Shown piece after piece: positions 63,479 through 64,000 of a stretch of DNA of 64,000 nucleotides. A program made the position numbers and the translations under genes. The notes below the pieces were generated by a model that did not search any database, was not told where the DNA came from, and worked only from the letters and a program-made list of their open reading frames with translations. Numbering within the stretch: position 1 is the stretch's first letter; every line of letters begins with the position of its first letter. The stretch is from an uncultured bacterium (GTDB taxonomy: Bacteria > Bacillota_I > Bacilli_A > RFN20 > CAG-826), in contig CASFSG010000019.1 in the NCBI GenBank assembly GCA_949297305.1, positions 133 through 64,132 on the forward strand, written 5' to 3'.

Positions 63479-64000
63479 ATGAAAAAAAATTCCCTCTTTT
63501 ATTTATCTATAATGACAATTGTTTCTCTAAGCGCCTGCGCAGCCAATAATCGCTATGTGCCTTATGAAAGTTTTCTTAACAAACCCGATAATACAAGTTA
63601 TGTCGAAGATAATTTTTATAAGCTAAATAAATTTGCTAATTATTCATATTTAGTTAACGGTGAAGAACAAATACTTGATGATTTTTATTCTCTATTGAAG
63701 CATAAAAATTATCATTTAGCCCTCCCTAGTATCGGTGAACAAAAACTATTAGTAATTCCAGTTGATTTTAGCGATTATCCTGCAACTAATTTAGGTAATA
63801 AAGAGGAATCGATTAATAACATCAAAAAAGCTTTTTTTGGCAATGAAGGCAACAATCAATTTGAATCGGTGGCAAGTTTTTATAATAAAAGTAGTTATGG
63901 TAAATTATCTATCGATGGTTTTGTAAGCGATTGGTATCGTTCTAAATATAGTCTTAGTGAACTTAATCGCCAAACAAATCGCGCCTCAATCACCAAAAAC
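63479..64000 (+). CDS. lipoprotein, M6 (InhA-like) metalloprotease paralogue, N-terminal 174 codons (runs off right edge)
   Basis: Manual translation MKKNSLFYLSIMTIVSLSACAANN...GEQKLLVIPVDFSDY...FYNKSSYGKLSIDGFV parallels 57834-59459. Not in the ORF track because it has no stop in the window. Confidence 0.65.
   Translation, partial: MKKNSLFYLSIMTIVSLSACAANNRYVPYESFLNKPDNTSYVEDNFYKLNKFANYSYLVNGEEQILDDFYSLLKHKNYHLALPSIGEQKLLVIPVDFSDYPATNLGNKEESINNIKKAFFGNEGNNQFESVASFYNKSSYGKLSIDGFVSDWYRSKYSLSELNRQTNRASITKN

Overview
AT-rich chromosomal segment from a low-GC Bacillota/Mollicutes-like bacterium. It uses the standard code: TGA acts as a stop, and rpoB, rpoC and secY are fully open. Nearly every gene from 288 to 60669 is on the + strand. 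Most of the window is core housekeeping. In order it holds a HAD phosphatase, malQ, prs, a queuosine trio (tgt-queA-queH) and a tandem-domain acyltransferase. Next comes an uninterrupted S10-spc-alpha ribosomal superoperon (rpsJ to rplQ, including secY, adk, map, infA and rpmJ, but no rpmD). This is followed by pyrG, preT/preA, a 5'-nucleotidase lipoprotein and a complete trimeric HydABC-type [FeFe] hydrogenase operon. The rest follows the Bacillus-like order cysS-(MgtC)-rlmB-sigH-rpmG-secE-nusG-(P1B ATPase)-rplKAJL-rpoBC. I saw no rRNA, tRNA, CRISPR array, transposase, integrase or phage genes, and no clear-cut defence or toxin system. The best candidates for undescribed biology are listed here. 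(1) A three-gene secreted/membrane module (25028-28263) sits directly after rplQ, where I recall ECF-transporter genes in Bacillus. (2) A lipoprotein island downstream of rpoC (57834-64000) has two M6/InhA-like metalloprotease lipoproteins and two large unknown lipoproteins that share a repeated module. (3) A tandem pair of 2-TM unknown proteins is coupled to pyrG. (4) Several ribosomal proteins carry charged low-complexity extensions, most strikingly about 64 aa on L5. (5) The leaders upstream of rpsJ, rplK, rplJ and rpoB are highly structured. Every functional call comes from reading the translated ORFs and motifs by eye. No database search was run.
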